Source: Patescibacteria group bacterium
Lineage (GTDB): Bacteria > Patescibacteriota > Patescibacteriia > UBA10025 > JAHIVO01
NCBI GenBank assembly: GCA_041650915.1
Contig: JBAZKE010000003.1
Coordinates: 149,226 to 213,225, forward strand
Length of the DNA stretch: 64,000 bases
Reading direction: 5' to 3'
Shown: in pieces, positions 20,540-30,609 of the stretch
How positions within the stretch are numbered: position 1 is the first letter of the stretch
How the letters are laid out: each line of letters starts with the position of its first letter
Program-made: the position numbers and the translations under genes
The notes under the pieces: model-generated
Told to the model about the DNA's origin: nothing
What the model saw: the letters and a program-made list of their open reading frames with translations, nothing else
The model's database searches: none

Positions 20540-21553
20540 GTGAAAAAAACACTCCTTCTCATTCTGTCCATCGTTGTCGGTATAGTTCTCTTTATCGGCG
20601 TTTTAATATACATCGGTCCCGAGGAGCTCGCGGTTGCTTTTGAGTCGTTTTCATGGGGGATGATAGCGATTATTGTCGCCCTGGGATTCCTGCAAATTTT
20701 TATCGCCATATACCGCTGGCAGGTCGTGCTGGCTGCCCACGGAGACCGGATCCCATTTCGCAAGCTCATCTCGCCGAAGTTTGTCGGTTTTACGGTCAGT
20801 TTTTTAACCCCCGGGATGTATATCGGGGGCGAACCTGTCCGCGCCTATTTGCTTAAGAAAAAGACGGGATTGCGGTACTCACGGGGGCTCGCTTCTATTA
20901 TGATCGACAAAATTCTCGATTTCACGTACCCGTTACCGTTTTTAATCGGCGCGCTCATATACGCGATGCTCACGTATGATATCTCGTGGGAGGGGGTTAG
21001 CGTGTTTGTCGCCGTCTTGGTGGTACTCATCGGGCTGCTCGGAATGTTTTACGTACAGACGTACCGGGGGCAAGGCTTTTTTTCATCGCTTATTAAATTA
21101 TTCCAGCTGCACCGTTTCAATAAGATCAAGAAGCTCATTGAAAAGATGCTCTATTTTGAAAAGCTCATCATCACTTTCTTTAACAACCGGAGGATTGTCG
21201 TAGTGCAAGGTTTGTTGCTCTCGCTTCTCGGCGGCGTGGTTACATTCATCCAGTTCATGGTCATACTCCATTCGCTCGGGATCGAAGCTGATATCGTTGA
21301 GATTCTGGTCATGATGGTGTTTATGATCCTCTCCTTTTTCATGCCGATTCCGGCATCGCTCGGATCATTTGAAGCGAGCCAGGTCATCGTATTCACTGCC
21401 CTCGGGTATCCAGCCTCGATCGGCGTTGCCTTTACGCTCATCCTGCGCGTTGCGGAGCTCGCTAAGCTCAGCATCGGATTAACGTTACTGTCTAACCTTG
21501 GCCTCAAATTTTTAAAGGAACTCCCCTCCAAGAACGGGGACCGCAGTGACTGA
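20540..21553 (+). CDS. Lysylphosphatidylglycerol synthase TM / flippase-like (UPF0104) protein
   Basis: YRW, LTPGMYIGGEPVR, PIPASLGSFE; many TM helices. Confidence 0.85.
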   Translation: MKKTLLLILSIVVGIVLFIGVLIYIGPEELAVAFESFSWGMIAIIVALGFLQIFIAIYRWQVVLAAHGDRIPFRKLISPKFVGFTVSFLTPGMYIGGEPVRAYLLKKKTGLRYSRGLASIMIDKILDFTYPLPFLIGALIYAMLTYDISWEGVSVFVAVLVVLIGLLGMFYVQTYRGQGFFSSLIKLFQLHRFNKIKKLIEKMLYFEKLIITFFNNRRIVVVQGLLLSLLGGVVTFIQFMVILHSLGIEADIVEILVMMVFMILSFFMPIPASLGSFEASQVIVFTALGYPASIGVAFTLILRVAELAKLSIGLTLLSNLGLKFLKELPSKNGDRSD

Positions 21554-21607
21554 GTAGGGCAGCATTGCGAACAGCGGACGAATTGCGCATGCCCGTTTTT
21601 TTTGTAC

Positions 21608-21663
21608 TTGACTGCCGAAGCCCTTCGCCCTATACTTGTGGATAAGTATGATTTTTCATACTT
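21608..21663 (+). promoter_or_regulatory. Sigma70 promoter plus palindromic operator
   Basis: TTGACT-17-TATACT (21608-21636), then perfect inverted repeat AAGTATGA-TTTT-TCATACTT (21644-21663). Confidence 0.75.
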
Positions 21664-21685
21664 TTATTCGTAAACTCACACGTCC

Positions 21686-21940
21686 ATGCATTTACCGCAA
21701 CATCATGGCATATCCTATGGCGCAACGACCATCGGAGCCAGGGGGCAAGTCGTCATCCCGGCCCAAGCCAGAAAAGACCTTAACCTGAAAGAAGGCGACC
21801 GATTATTGGTTTTATGCTGGCAAGGCAAATTGCTCGGGCTCGTAAAGAGCGAGACGATTGATGAGTATATCGATATGATAACAAAAAAAATGTCTAAAGG
21901 AATTGAGGAACTCAAAAAAATGAAAGTCTCAGCAAAGTAA
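21686..21940 (+). CDS. AbrB/MazE/SpoVT family transcriptional regulator
   Basis: TIGARGQVVIPAQARKDLNLKEGDRL. Confidence 0.88.
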   Translation: MHLPQHHGISYGATTIGARGQVVIPAQARKDLNLKEGDRLLVLCWQGKLLGLVKSETIDEYIDMITKKMSKGIEELKKMKVSAK

Positions 21941-21967
21941 AGAGGGAGTGCAATAACAGCATTTGGC

Positions 21968-22777
21968 ATGGAATACATCATTGAAGTTAAAAATTTGGTA
22001 AAAGAATTCAAGGGTTTCCGCGCTGTGGATGATATTTCATTTTACGTAAAGCGGGGTGAGGTGTTCGGCTTTTTGGGGCCAAACGGCGCTGGCAAATCAA
22101 CGACAATCAAGATGCTGTGCACGCTCCTGAGGCCCACCTCTGGCAGTGGAAGGGTGGCGGAGCATGACATTGTAGAAGATCCGGCGCTTGTCCGTGAGCA
22201 CATCGGGCTGGTGGCCGAGAAAATAATTTTATACGATCGGCTTACGGCGCTGGAAAATTTGATGTTCTTCGGCAGCTTGTACCATCTGCCGAAAAAAGAG
22301 ATTGCTGATCGTGCAAAAAAATGGCTGCAGACGCTCGAGATGGGCAAATGGCAGGATAAGCCCGTTGGCACGTTTTCGACCGGCATGAAGCAGCGCGTCA
22401 ATATCGCCCGCGCCCTGTTGACCCAGCCGGAGGTGATGTTTCTGGACGAGCCAACTCTCGGTTTGGACCCCCAGACATCGCGCTCAATCCGCGATTTTAT
22501 CAAAGACCTGCATGCGCATGGCGTTACGGTGATACTCACTACCCATATCATGCCGGAAGCTGACGAGCTGGCGGATACGATCGCCATCATTGACCATGGC
22601 AAGATTATTGCGCTGAATACGCCTCAAAATTTGAAGCTGAGCATTCAGAAAGAGAATGCGACGCTGGAAGACGTTTTCCTGCAGTTGACCGGCAGGGACA
22701 TGCGCGAAGAGACGCACAACAATGTTCCATCGGCCCGTGGCGGACATATGTTCGGCGGCAGGTCAAGAATCAGGTAG
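21968..22777 (+). CDS. ABC exporter ATP-binding subunit
   Basis: GPNGAGKS, FSTGMKQR, LDEPT, H-loop. Confidence 0.93.
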   Translation: MEYIIEVKNLVKEFKGFRAVDDISFYVKRGEVFGFLGPNGAGKSTTIKMLCTLLRPTSGSGRVAEHDIVEDPALVREHIGLVAEKIILYDRLTALENLMFFGSLYHLPKKEIADRAKKWLQTLEMGKWQDKPVGTFSTGMKQRVNIARALLTQPEVMFLDEPTLGLDPQTSRSIRDFIKDLHAHGVTVILTTHIMPEADELADTIAIIDHGKIIALNTPQNLKLSIQKENATLEDVFLQLTGRDMREETHNNVPSARGGHMFGGRSRIR

Positions 22778-22789
22778 CTCACGTAACGT

Positions 22790-24001
22790 ATGAAAAAAAT
22801 CACGCAAGTATTTATCGACAGTTACCGGATGGCGCGCAAGGACCTCTTGGATTTTTTCCGCGACCGGATGCAGCTCGTCTTCTTCATCATCATGCCGATT
22901 TTTATGATGATCATGACCGGCTTCATTTTTCCGACGGAAAATTCACTGAAAGATATTCCATTGGGCATCGCCAATCAGGATACCGGGCAGATGAGTACGA
23001 CTATGACCGAAGTATTTGCCGAAATGAAGACGTCCGACGGAGATACGATCTTTTCCGTTCAAACGTATTCGGATGCCGCTGAACTGAAAGACGCGATAAA
23101 GGCGCAGAAAATCAACGGCGGTGTTTTTATTGCTGCTGATTTTTCCCGAGCAGTGGAGCAAAACCAGCAAGCCTCGGTGACAATTATCCCCGACCAGTCG
23201 AATCCGCAGATAGCGCAAGTTTTAACCCAGTTGCTGCAGCAGGTCATTGCGGGAACCTCGACCAATGTTGCCCAGGCGAAGGTTGATGAGATGATCAAGC
23301 TGACGGCTGCCGCCAATCCGCAGTTGGCCCAGGTCAACGCTGAGGCAGTCATACAGCCGATCCAATCTGCCATTGACGATCTCATTCCAGGCAAGCCGAA
23401 CTATTTCCAGTTTGTCGCGCCTGGCATCATGGCTATGATCGTGATGATGTCGGTCATGACGGGCCTTGCCGTATCCGTCTCGCGGGAACGCGAAGCCGGT
23501 ACTCTCGACGGGCTGCTCATTGCTCCGGTGTCCCGGCTGTCGATTATCCTCGGTAAAGCTTTTTCCCAGACAGCCCGTGGCATGATCCAGGGCATGGTCG
23601 TGCTCCTCTTGGCGATACTCATTTTTGGAGTGCATGTTTATGGCAATTGGCTGATTATGATCCTGCTGCTTTTCCTCGGCGTATTCGCTTTCATGGGCAT
23701 CGGCATTTTGGTTTCCGCACTCGCTTCAGCGCAGGAATCGGCCATGACCATCATGATGACATTCCAGTTTCCGATGATGTTTTTATCAGGCGTTTTTTTT
23801 CCGATCCAGCAGATGCCGCAGGCAATGCAGTACATTTCCAAAGTGATCCCGCTGACCTATGAAGCGACAGCACTGCGGAAGGTCATCGTCTTGGGCGCCG
23901 GCCTGAGTTCGGTCTGGACTGAGGTGCTCATTCTTTTTATTGTCGGCGCCGCGATGCTCGCTATTGCCGTTCCGACGTTCAGGCGGGTTATTACCAGGTG
24001 A
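22790..24001 (+). CDS. ABC-2 type permease
   Basis: EREAGTL, FLSGVFFP, PLTY; six TM helices plus a large extracellular loop. Confidence 0.92.
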   Translation: MKKITQVFIDSYRMARKDLLDFFRDRMQLVFFIIMPIFMMIMTGFIFPTENSLKDIPLGIANQDTGQMSTTMTEVFAEMKTSDGDTIFSVQTYSDAAELKDAIKAQKINGGVFIAADFSRAVEQNQQASVTIIPDQSNPQIAQVLTQLLQQVIAGTSTNVAQAKVDEMIKLTAAANPQLAQVNAEAVIQPIQSAIDDLIPGKPNYFQFVAPGIMAMIVMMSVMTGLAVSVSREREAGTLDGLLIAPVSRLSIILGKAFSQTARGMIQGMVVLLLAILIFGVHVYGNWLIMILLLFLGVFAFMGIGILVSALASAQESAMTIMMTFQFPMMFLSGVFFPIQQMPQAMQYISKVIPLTYEATALRKVIVLGAGLSSVWTEVLILFIVGAAMLAIAVPTFRRVITR

Positions 24002-24031
24002 TCGGAATTAAACAATTTTCCGCACGATTTC

Positions 24032-24391
24032 ATGTCAAAAAAAATTTCCGCCGGTCTATTTGCCGTTATCGGCATGGCACTGCCAGCCGTTAGCTTGGCA
24101 CAAGCAGGCGCCGGCCAATACGGTTCTACTTTCGGGATAGGAACCGCGGATCTGGCTTCAACGGTTATCATGATCGTACAGTGGGTTTTGGGATTCTTAG
24201 GCCTGGTCGCTGTACTCATGATTATCTACGGTGGTTTTATTTTACTGACGGTGGGTGGCGGCAATGAGGAGCGGGCGGCATCATCAAAAAAAATAATCAC
24301 GGCGGCTGTCATAGGGTTGGCCGTTGTTCTACTGGCGTGGGCGATTGTCACGTTTGTGATCGGAACGACGGGTAACGTGGCGACCGGCTGA
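24032..24391 (+). CDS. TrbC/VirB2-like pilin (CPR type)
   Basis: Signal peptide; close similarity to the ORF at 3-239 (QWVLGFLGL...YGGF...GGNEE...KKIITAAVIGL). Confidence 0.82.
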   Translation: MSKKISAGLFAVIGMALPAVSLAQAGAGQYGSTFGIGTADLASTVIMIVQWVLGFLGLVAVLMIIYGGFILLTVGGGNEERAASSKKIITAAVIGLAVVLLAWAIVTFVIGTTGNVATG

Positions 24392-24643
24392 GCGCCCCAA
24401 CGCGGCTATATTCCTCAAAAAGCATCACCGTCTTGGGCTCCGTCTAGGCTAGGAAGCTTTTTCCCATTCAGCACTTCGATGCCCGCAATCTTCCATTGCG
24501 GCTATTGAGAAGGCTGTAATTCCATCAAGAGCAAGCGCCTGCCGCCGGCATTGACATACTGTGCAGGGGGTGTATATTTAACAGATTTTTACCGTGGTAT
24601 ACTCATATCGTGAATTAATATATAAACGTTAGGGAATTGACCT

Positions 24644-25177
24644 ATGGGAGAAGTACCAATACCGGTGGAGGATTTGGAGGAAGCGCAATCTTTTGATGCA
24701 GGCCGTAAATCCATGCCCGATGCTTCAGATGGAGCGGAGGAACCTGACGATGAAGGCGGAGAAGCTGAAGTGCCTGAGGAATTTCCGACAGAAACGGGTG
24801 TGGATAACATGGTTTTTGAGTCGGAGGCAAGCTTGGAAGCTGAAGACATCGCCGAGCATCTTAATGCCGTTTTTAGCCGTGGCCTGCCAAAAGGAGCAGA
24901 AATACTGCCAAACGATATACTCGAGCAGTACGCCATGTTCAGGGCTAATGGCCAACCGGCTCGGGAGTGCCGTGCCACTAGAATTTTCGGTGAAAAGCTG
25001 GGCAAACCCGATGTCGTGATAGAAATCATCAAGGCAGGCCAGAAGCTCGCACTGAAGGAGCGGCGGGCGGAATGGAATGGCGTTGATAGGGAACCGTCAC
25101 CAGAGATACAGAAGATGATCGATAACGGGGAGCTGAATCCCGATGAAGTAACGGAGTACATGGAATCGCTCGTCTGA
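24644..25177 (+). CDS. Hypothetical acidic protein
   Basis: 177-aa ORF with Glu/Asp-rich N-terminus; followed by a terminator. Confidence 0.65.
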   Translation: MGEVPIPVEDLEEAQSFDAGRKSMPDASDGAEEPDDEGGEAEVPEEFPTETGVDNMVFESEASLEAEDIAEHLNAVFSRGLPKGAEILPNDILEQYAMFRANGQPARECRATRIFGEKLGKPDVVIEIIKAGQKLALKERRAEWNGVDREPSPEIQKMIDNGELNPDEVTEYMESLV

Positions 25178-25196
25178 CCGATAACACATTAATTGC

Positions 25197-25230
25197 AGGA
25201 GCGGCGCTAACCGCGCCGCTCCTATTTTTA
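25197..25230 (+). terminator. Intrinsic terminator
   Basis: AGGAGCGGCGC-TAACC-GCGCCGCTCCT followed by ATTTTT. Confidence 0.8.
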
Positions 25231-25268
25231 TTTCCGCTAGCTATGCGGTATACTATTAATACGGACAC

Positions 25269-27146
25269 ATGAGTAAATCATTTCCTATGGATACCCACTC
25301 AGAGCTCACTCCGGAGCAAAAGAAGCAGTTAGCCAGGTCAAAGGCGATCCTGTGGATCGGGCTGACGGTCATCGTACTGCTCGGACTGGCTGTGGCCGTG
25401 TATTTTGTATTTTTGAAAAGTTCGGATGAAAATCTGAATACCAGTACGGACGAATCAACTCTCAATAGTAACGCTGAGGCAAGTCAGAACATTAATGTTT
25501 CTGGATTGAATAACGTCGATATCAGTACGGAGTACGCCGTCGTTACCGAGGAGCCGGATTTGGTGACATGGGAGCCGATCCAGTGTACGGGTGATCTGCT
25601 ACGTGTTGATCTACAAGTACCGATGGCATGGTCAACGTTTGTCTTCGTCGAGGGATCGAGCAGTTTATCGGGGCGGCTGCTTTTTTCAAATTCCAGTACA
25701 CTTGGATTCAACCTCAATAGGATGACCGTTCCGGCAGGGACGCCGTTCCAAGAGTACCTGGAGGAGTATAGCAGAAGCGCTGCCGGCTTTTCATCGGCCA
25801 GCGGAGAAAAAAAGGACATCGTATTCGGGGCGATCGGAGATCGTAAGATCGCAGTGCTCGATATTCTCTCTGACGAAGGGACGTACCTGACCCGCAACGT
25901 TTTTTTCAGCGTTGAACCGTACATCATTAGAATTGAAACCCACGGCCCGCTCGATGAGTATCGGCAGGCTGCAGCCACGTTTGCACGGATTATCGGCAGT
26001 GTGGAGATTAGCGGCATATCGGTCGATACGGGTATACGGTGGCTATCCCAAAAGGACGATCAGTTTGGGTATTCAGTGCACTATCCGAGCACGTGGAAGC
26101 ATTCGAATAAGACAACAATTTTGCCGAATACCTGGGAGAGTCTTGTGTTCGGGATATACAAAACGTATACGAACAGTAACGGGGATGCTGATTCGGGTTC
26201 TTTTGAGATTCGATACTCCATGGAGCCGTTTGACGGTTTACTTGAAGAGTGGGTTCGTGCACATGATTATCGTTTCGATAATGATGCGATCACAGTTCGT
26301 ACGTTCGAGTCGACTGAATTGACTGGCCATAATGCACTGTACCTCGAAGCGACCAGCAATGTTGCTGGTGGTTATATAAATTCGTACTTTCTGGACGTTC
26401 AAGGGTATGTGATGCATATTGGCATCAATTCGCGGATACTTTCTATCGACAAAGAAAACCAGCAGGACTTTGACGATACGGTTGAGCGGATGATGAGCTC
26501 CTTTACTTTTTCGGAAGAACCGACGTTCTTGCTCAGCGATACGTATGAGTACGAAGAGTCTATCACAAATTCGGCAACCGGCGCGTCGTACGCGATCCGT
26601 CGCCCAAAGATGTGGGAACACTGTGGTAAGTCTGGTTGCGCACTTGTAGAAGTTGCCGATAATACTACATATAATGTCGTCGCCTATCTTTTTATAAAAG
26701 AGGGGGGCTTCTACCCATCCGCTTCGATTGCCGGTTTTTTGGATGCTGATACGATCGTATTGCATTATCGGTCATGGGATCACGGTGGTGGATACGATCG
26801 CCTTTTTTCACTCAATCTGAAAACCTACACACAGACGGAACTTCTATTTTATGATTCACGGGAAGATTCTTCGAGTGGGAAGTACATGTCAAACTCGATT
26901 TATTTTAAAAAGGATGGCAAGGAGCTGGCATTTGTGAATAACGTTGTGCCATACACAGCTGAGTATACGGAGACCGGCGTATGGGTGAATGCGGGTGACG
27001 GTTGGGAGCAGCTATCTTTTGCGGAAGAGCCAACGTTCAATATTGATTTCAAGCCACTCGAGAATTACCGGAACGGCAATCTGTTGTCATTGACTATCAA
27101 TAGTCGCCAGTACACGTTTGATTTTGATACGATGGCGTTTCAGTAG
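25269..27146 (+). CDS. Single-TM surface protein with PsbP-like domains
   Basis: TM helix, Asn/Ser/Thr linker, W..Q.DDQFGYSVHYPSTW motif. Confidence 0.7.
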   Translation: MSKSFPMDTHSELTPEQKKQLARSKAILWIGLTVIVLLGLAVAVYFVFLKSSDENLNTSTDESTLNSNAEASQNINVSGLNNVDISTEYAVVTEEPDLVTWEPIQCTGDLLRVDLQVPMAWSTFVFVEGSSSLSGRLLFSNSSTLGFNLNRMTVPAGTPFQEYLEEYSRSAAGFSSASGEKKDIVFGAIGDRKIAVLDILSDEGTYLTRNVFFSVEPYIIRIETHGPLDEYRQAAATFARIIGSVEISGISVDTGIRWLSQKDDQFGYSVHYPSTWKHSNKTTILPNTWESLVFGIYKTYTNSNGDADSGSFEIRYSMEPFDGLLEEWVRAHDYRFDNDAITVRTFESTELTGHNALYLEATSNVAGGYINSYFLDVQGYVMHIGINSRILSIDKENQQDFDDTVERMMSSFTFSEEPTFLLSDTYEYEESITNSATGASYAIRRPKMWEHCGKSGCALVEVADNTTYNVVAYLFIKEGGFYPSASIAGFLDADTIVLHYRSWDHGGGYDRLFSLNLKTYTQTELLFYDSREDSSSGKYMSNSIYFKKDGKELAFVNNVVPYTAEYTETGVWVNAGDGWEQLSFAEEPTFNIDFKPLENYRNGNLLSLTINSRQYTFDFDTMAFQ

Positions 27147-27159
27147 GGAATCGAAAAGT

Positions 27160-28209
27160 ATGAAATACCCCAAGGGCCTCACCCACATCGTTCTCATCAT
27201 AACAATCGCCCTGATTGCCGGGCTAATGGTCGGCGCTGCGTGGTATTTTGAGCAGAACAAGGGAGAGGAAACGTCGGTCGTGAATGTTAATACTGCCAGT
27301 GCAAACACAAACGTGAATACGAATAGTACTATGGATGAGGAGCAGCAAACGTATTCGTATGCAACGGCGTACCACGCGTTCTCATTTGATCTGCCAAAAA
27401 GCTGGACGGTAAGCGAATCGAACGTGCACGCTGAAGAGCGCCAAGGGCTGGTTATCGCATCTGACTCCGAAAGCGATCCTGGAGCTGCATACTTGACCGT
27501 CAGTTTTTATAATAATCCACGTTCGCTGGACGAATGGGTGGCAGAGCATACAGAGGAGTTAATTCGTAGCCACGAGGATATTATCGCAGGCGAGTCGGAT
27601 TATACGGATGCCCGGCGCCACGTGGTGGTGGGGGAGATGAAGGGGCTATTTAAGCACGCGCACTGCTACGTGCAGGGCGATGGTGTTGTATATGAAGCTT
27701 ACTTTTTCAGCGAGCTTGAGAATTGGGAGCGGTATAAAGAGATTTTTAACCGGGCGTGCTCGACTTTCCAGGTTTCATCAGAACTCATTGATACCTCAGA
27801 CTGGCTAACGTATGAGAATGAGGAGTATGGGTATTCATTTTCATATCCTGGGGATTGGAGTTTGGATGAGGTTGAAGATACTGAAACGCGGATTTCTTGC
27901 CCCATAGGAGCATGCAGTTGGTCGCTTATGGTCATAAAAACGGATCAATCAGTCGAAGATTTCATTGCCAGCTATGGCAGTAATGAATCTGAAGACATGA
28001 GGCAATTCAACCAAATTCTTTCACAAGAAGATATTATTATCAATGGTCGAACTGGAGTCAGACTGGAAGGATCGACCACGCTCGGAATCCATGATGCCTA
28101 CATCTTTTTTCCTACTATGGATGGGAGCATTCGATTGCAGTATCATTTGGTTAATTCAATCGATGATATTGGGCCGGTGATTGTAAATACTTTTAACATT
28201 TTGGAATAG
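27160..28209 (+). CDS. Single-TM surface protein with two PsbP-like domains
   Basis: Start MKYPKG; NTN linker; YHAFSFDLPKSW and WLTYENEEYGYSFSYPGDW. Confidence 0.7.
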   Translation: MKYPKGLTHIVLIITIALIAGLMVGAAWYFEQNKGEETSVVNVNTASANTNVNTNSTMDEEQQTYSYATAYHAFSFDLPKSWTVSESNVHAEERQGLVIASDSESDPGAAYLTVSFYNNPRSLDEWVAEHTEELIRSHEDIIAGESDYTDARRHVVVGEMKGLFKHAHCYVQGDGVVYEAYFFSELENWERYKEIFNRACSTFQVSSELIDTSDWLTYENEEYGYSFSYPGDWSLDEVEDTETRISCPIGACSWSLMVIKTDQSVEDFIASYGSNESEDMRQFNQILSQEDIIINGRTGVRLEGSTTLGIHDAYIFFPTMDGSIRLQYHLVNSIDDIGPVIVNTFNILE

Positions 28210-28235
28210 GGGAAAACTTTAAAAAAGCACGAAAA

Positions 28236-28262
28236 TTAGCACTCTTGACTGTAGAGTGCTAA
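28236..28262 (+). promoter_or_regulatory. CIRCE element (HrcA operator) overlapping the -35 box
   Basis: Perfect TTAGCACTC-N9-GAGTGCTAA; TTGACT lies in the spacer and TATACT at 28269. Confidence 0.96.
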
Positions 28263-28288
28263 TTGCGTTATACTACCTGTGCAAACAT

Positions 28289-28993
28289 ATGAAAGACCGA
28301 AAAAGCGCTTTACTTAGCGCAATAATCAAGGAACATATTTCCACGGGAAGCGCGGTGGCATCCAAAAAACTTGTGGATAACCATACTTTTTCAGTATCTC
28401 CTGCTACGATCCGCAATGACATGGCTGCCCTGGAAAAAGAAGGCTATATCCACCAGCCGCACACGTCAGCTGGAAGGATACCGACGGAAAAAGGCTGGAA
28501 GCACTACATTGAGAACTTTTTACGCGATATTGACCTGACTGAAGCTGAGAAAAAAGCCCTCGACAGCGTCATCCAGAAGGAGACGGGCCTTGCGCACGAT
28601 TCGGTAATCAAGCGGGTGGCAAAGCAGCTCGCGGAAATGTCGAAGGAGGCGGTATTTGTCGGGCTCAATTCGGATTCTTACTACTACACCGGCCTCTCGA
28701 ACCTGTTTGGACAGCCCGAATTCCAGGAGTTGGACCTTGTCCGGCACATTTCATCGGTTGTCGATACGCTCGATGAGGTAATCAAGAAAATGTTCGACGA
28801 TTTCAGGGACGGCACGACTGTCATGGTCGGCAGCGACAACCCGTTCGGCAATGAGTGCAGCTCGATCGTCGGCACGTATGAGAATAAAAGCGGGCAGCGG
28901 GGCGTATTCGGAATTCTTGGCCCTATGCGGATGGACTACGAGCAGAACCTCGCGCTTATCAAGCACGCACAGAAGCTTTTTATAAACATTTAA
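28289..28993 (+). CDS. hrcA: Heat-inducible transcription repressor (short form)
   Basis: VSPATIRNDMAALEKEGYIHQPHTSAGRIPT; GILGPMRMDY; CIRCE upstream. Confidence 0.92.
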   Translation: MKDRKSALLSAIIKEHISTGSAVASKKLVDNHTFSVSPATIRNDMAALEKEGYIHQPHTSAGRIPTEKGWKHYIENFLRDIDLTEAEKKALDSVIQKETGLAHDSVIKRVAKQLAEMSKEAVFVGLNSDSYYYTGLSNLFGQPEFQELDLVRHISSVVDTLDEVIKKMFDDFRDGTTVMVGSDNPFGNECSSIVGTYENKSGQRGVFGILGPMRMDYEQNLALIKHAQKLFINI

Positions 28994-29005
28994 ACCCAAC
29001 TCGAC

Positions 29006-29518
29006 ATGCCTGATATTAAAAAGACCGTGCCGGCAGAGCGCGGAGGCGGGGAACAGAAAAAAGATACAGGAATGGCGCCGGAAATCATGCAGCGAAAAAT
29101 GGAAGAGTACCTCAACGGGTGGAAGCGGGCGAAAGCGGACTACATCAACTTCAAGCGCGAATCGGAAAAGAAGCAGCAGGAGACGGTGCAGTACGCAACT
29201 GCTGCGGTGATCCTCGAGCTCCTGCCCATCTACGACAACTTCAAGCTCGCCTGGAAGCACATACCAGAGGGCAAGCAGCAGGACGACTGGCTGAAGGGGA
29301 TCGGGCACATTAAGCAGCAGTTCAAGGAATTATTGAAGAGCCTCGGCATCGAGGAAATCAAGACAGTCGGCGAGCGCTTCAACCCCGAGCTGCACGACGC
29401 GGTCGCGAAGGAGAAAGCGGACGGCACGGAGAGTGGAACGGTTATCGAAGAGCTCAAGGGCGGATACAAGCTGTACGACAGGGTGCTCGAGCATGCAAAG
29501 GTGAAGGTAGCGGAATAA
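29006..29518 (+). CDS. grpE: Nucleotide exchange factor GrpE
   Basis: RAKADYINFKR, FNPELHDAV, GYKL..RVL..AKVKV. Confidence 0.93.
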   Translation: MPDIKKTVPAERGGGEQKKDTGMAPEIMQRKMEEYLNGWKRAKADYINFKRESEKKQQETVQYATAAVILELLPIYDNFKLAWKHIPEGKQQDDWLKGIGHIKQQFKELLKSLGIEEIKTVGERFNPELHDAVAKEKADGTESGTVIEELKGGYKLYDRVLEHAKVKVAE

Positions 29519-29523
29519 ATCCA

Positions 29524-29614
29524 CCTCATTCTGAATTTGTTTCAGAATCCCTGGCGCAATACTAGTGAGATCCCGAGATCGCCGCGCCCTCGCTCGGTTC
29601 GGGCTCGCGATGAC
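29524..29614. repeat. REP-like palindromic units between grpE and hsp20
   Basis: CCTC-ATTCTGAA-TTTGT-TTCAGAAT-CC, related to the units at 33999-34151, plus a GAGATCGCCGCG...GCTCGCGATGAC unit. Confidence 0.7.
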
Positions 29615-29665
29615 AAGAATAACGAACGATTTACAAGTAATTAATCATTAAGAAAGGAACAGCAT

Positions 29666-30100
29666 ATGGCAATCGTACGGTGGAGACCTTCCTGGGACAT
29701 GTCGGAGTTCGACAAGTTCTTCGAGGACATGCCGAATATGCCGACGAGCATGCAGGCGTTTACGCCCGCAGTCGACATCTACCAGGATAAGAACAACGTG
29801 ATGGTAGAGACTCCGCTCGCCGGCGTTGACCCGGAGAAGGTGGATATCTCGATCGAGAATGACGTGCTCAAGATCGAAGGCAAGGCTGAGCACAAGACGG
29901 AGGTCGATGAGAAGAATTACTACCGCAAAGAGGTGCGGTCTGGCAGCTTTTACCGCGCCGTAGCCCTCCCCACGCACGTGAAGGGCGACCAGGCGAAGGC
30001 AACGTTCGAGAACGGCATGCTCAAGATAACCATTCCGAAAGCGGAAGAGGTCAAGCCGAAGACTATCAAGGTCTCGGTCAAGGGCAGCAAGAAGAAGTAG
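29666..30100 (+). CDS. Hsp20/alpha-crystallin small heat shock protein
   Basis: PAVDIYQ, GSFYRAVALP, ATFENGMLKITIPK. Confidence 0.94.
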   Translation: MAIVRWRPSWDMSEFDKFFEDMPNMPTSMQAFTPAVDIYQDKNNVMVETPLAGVDPEKVDISIENDVLKIEGKAEHKTEVDEKNYYRKEVRSGSFYRAVALPTHVKGDQAKATFENGMLKITIPKAEEVKPKTIKVSVKGSKKK

Positions 30101-30214
30101 CATCGCAAGCACTCGGGTGGCAGCACGTATGCTGCCGGTCCGAGGCGAGCGTCCTGATGGACACTCCCGATCAGGCGTTCACCTCGGACAAGAGCATATA
30201 AAGAGCATACTCAT

Positions 30215-30574
30215 ATGAAGATTTCAAATAATGTGCCAGGCAGCAGCCGCGGCAAGCCAGGCAGGCCGGAACGCATCAAGATTGACGCCCGGTGCCCGGT
30301 ATGCGGCAGCATGTACGATTTTGGCCACCTCGAGGTGCTCCAGGAAGAAGACGGCGCTACCCTCATGTACATTAAGTGCACCGTATGCCTGTCTGCGGCG
30401 CTCTCGATTATCGCATTCGGTTCGTTCGGGCTCAAGGTGGCGACTGCGCTTACCGACCTTGAGCAGGAAGAGGTGCTCCGGTTCAAGGAGCAGCGGCCGA
30501 TCGGCAGTGAGGAAGTGCTCGAGCTGCATGAGATGCTCGGGAAGACTGATAATTTCTTGGACAGCATTTATTAA
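30215..30574 (+). CDS. Hypothetical Zn-ribbon protein in the dnaK operon
   Basis: CPVC...CTVC; lies between hsp20 and dnaK. Confidence 0.75.
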   Translation: MKISNNVPGSSRGKPGRPERIKIDARCPVCGSMYDFGHLEVLQEEDGATLMYIKCTVCLSAALSIIAFGSFGLKVATALTDLEQEEVLRFKEQRPIGSEEVLELHEMLGKTDNFLDSIY

Positions 30575-30609
30575 ACAAGCCATTAAATACATTATGAAAG
30601 GATAAAAAA

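Noticed and set aside
21686-21940. MazE-type antitoxin of a toxin-antitoxin pair
   Set aside because: No adjacent toxin ORF; the downstream genes are an ABC exporter.
30150-30165. Hammerhead ribozyme core (CTGATGG)
   Set aside because: It does not match CUGAnGA and there is no properly placed GAAA or three-stem arrangement.
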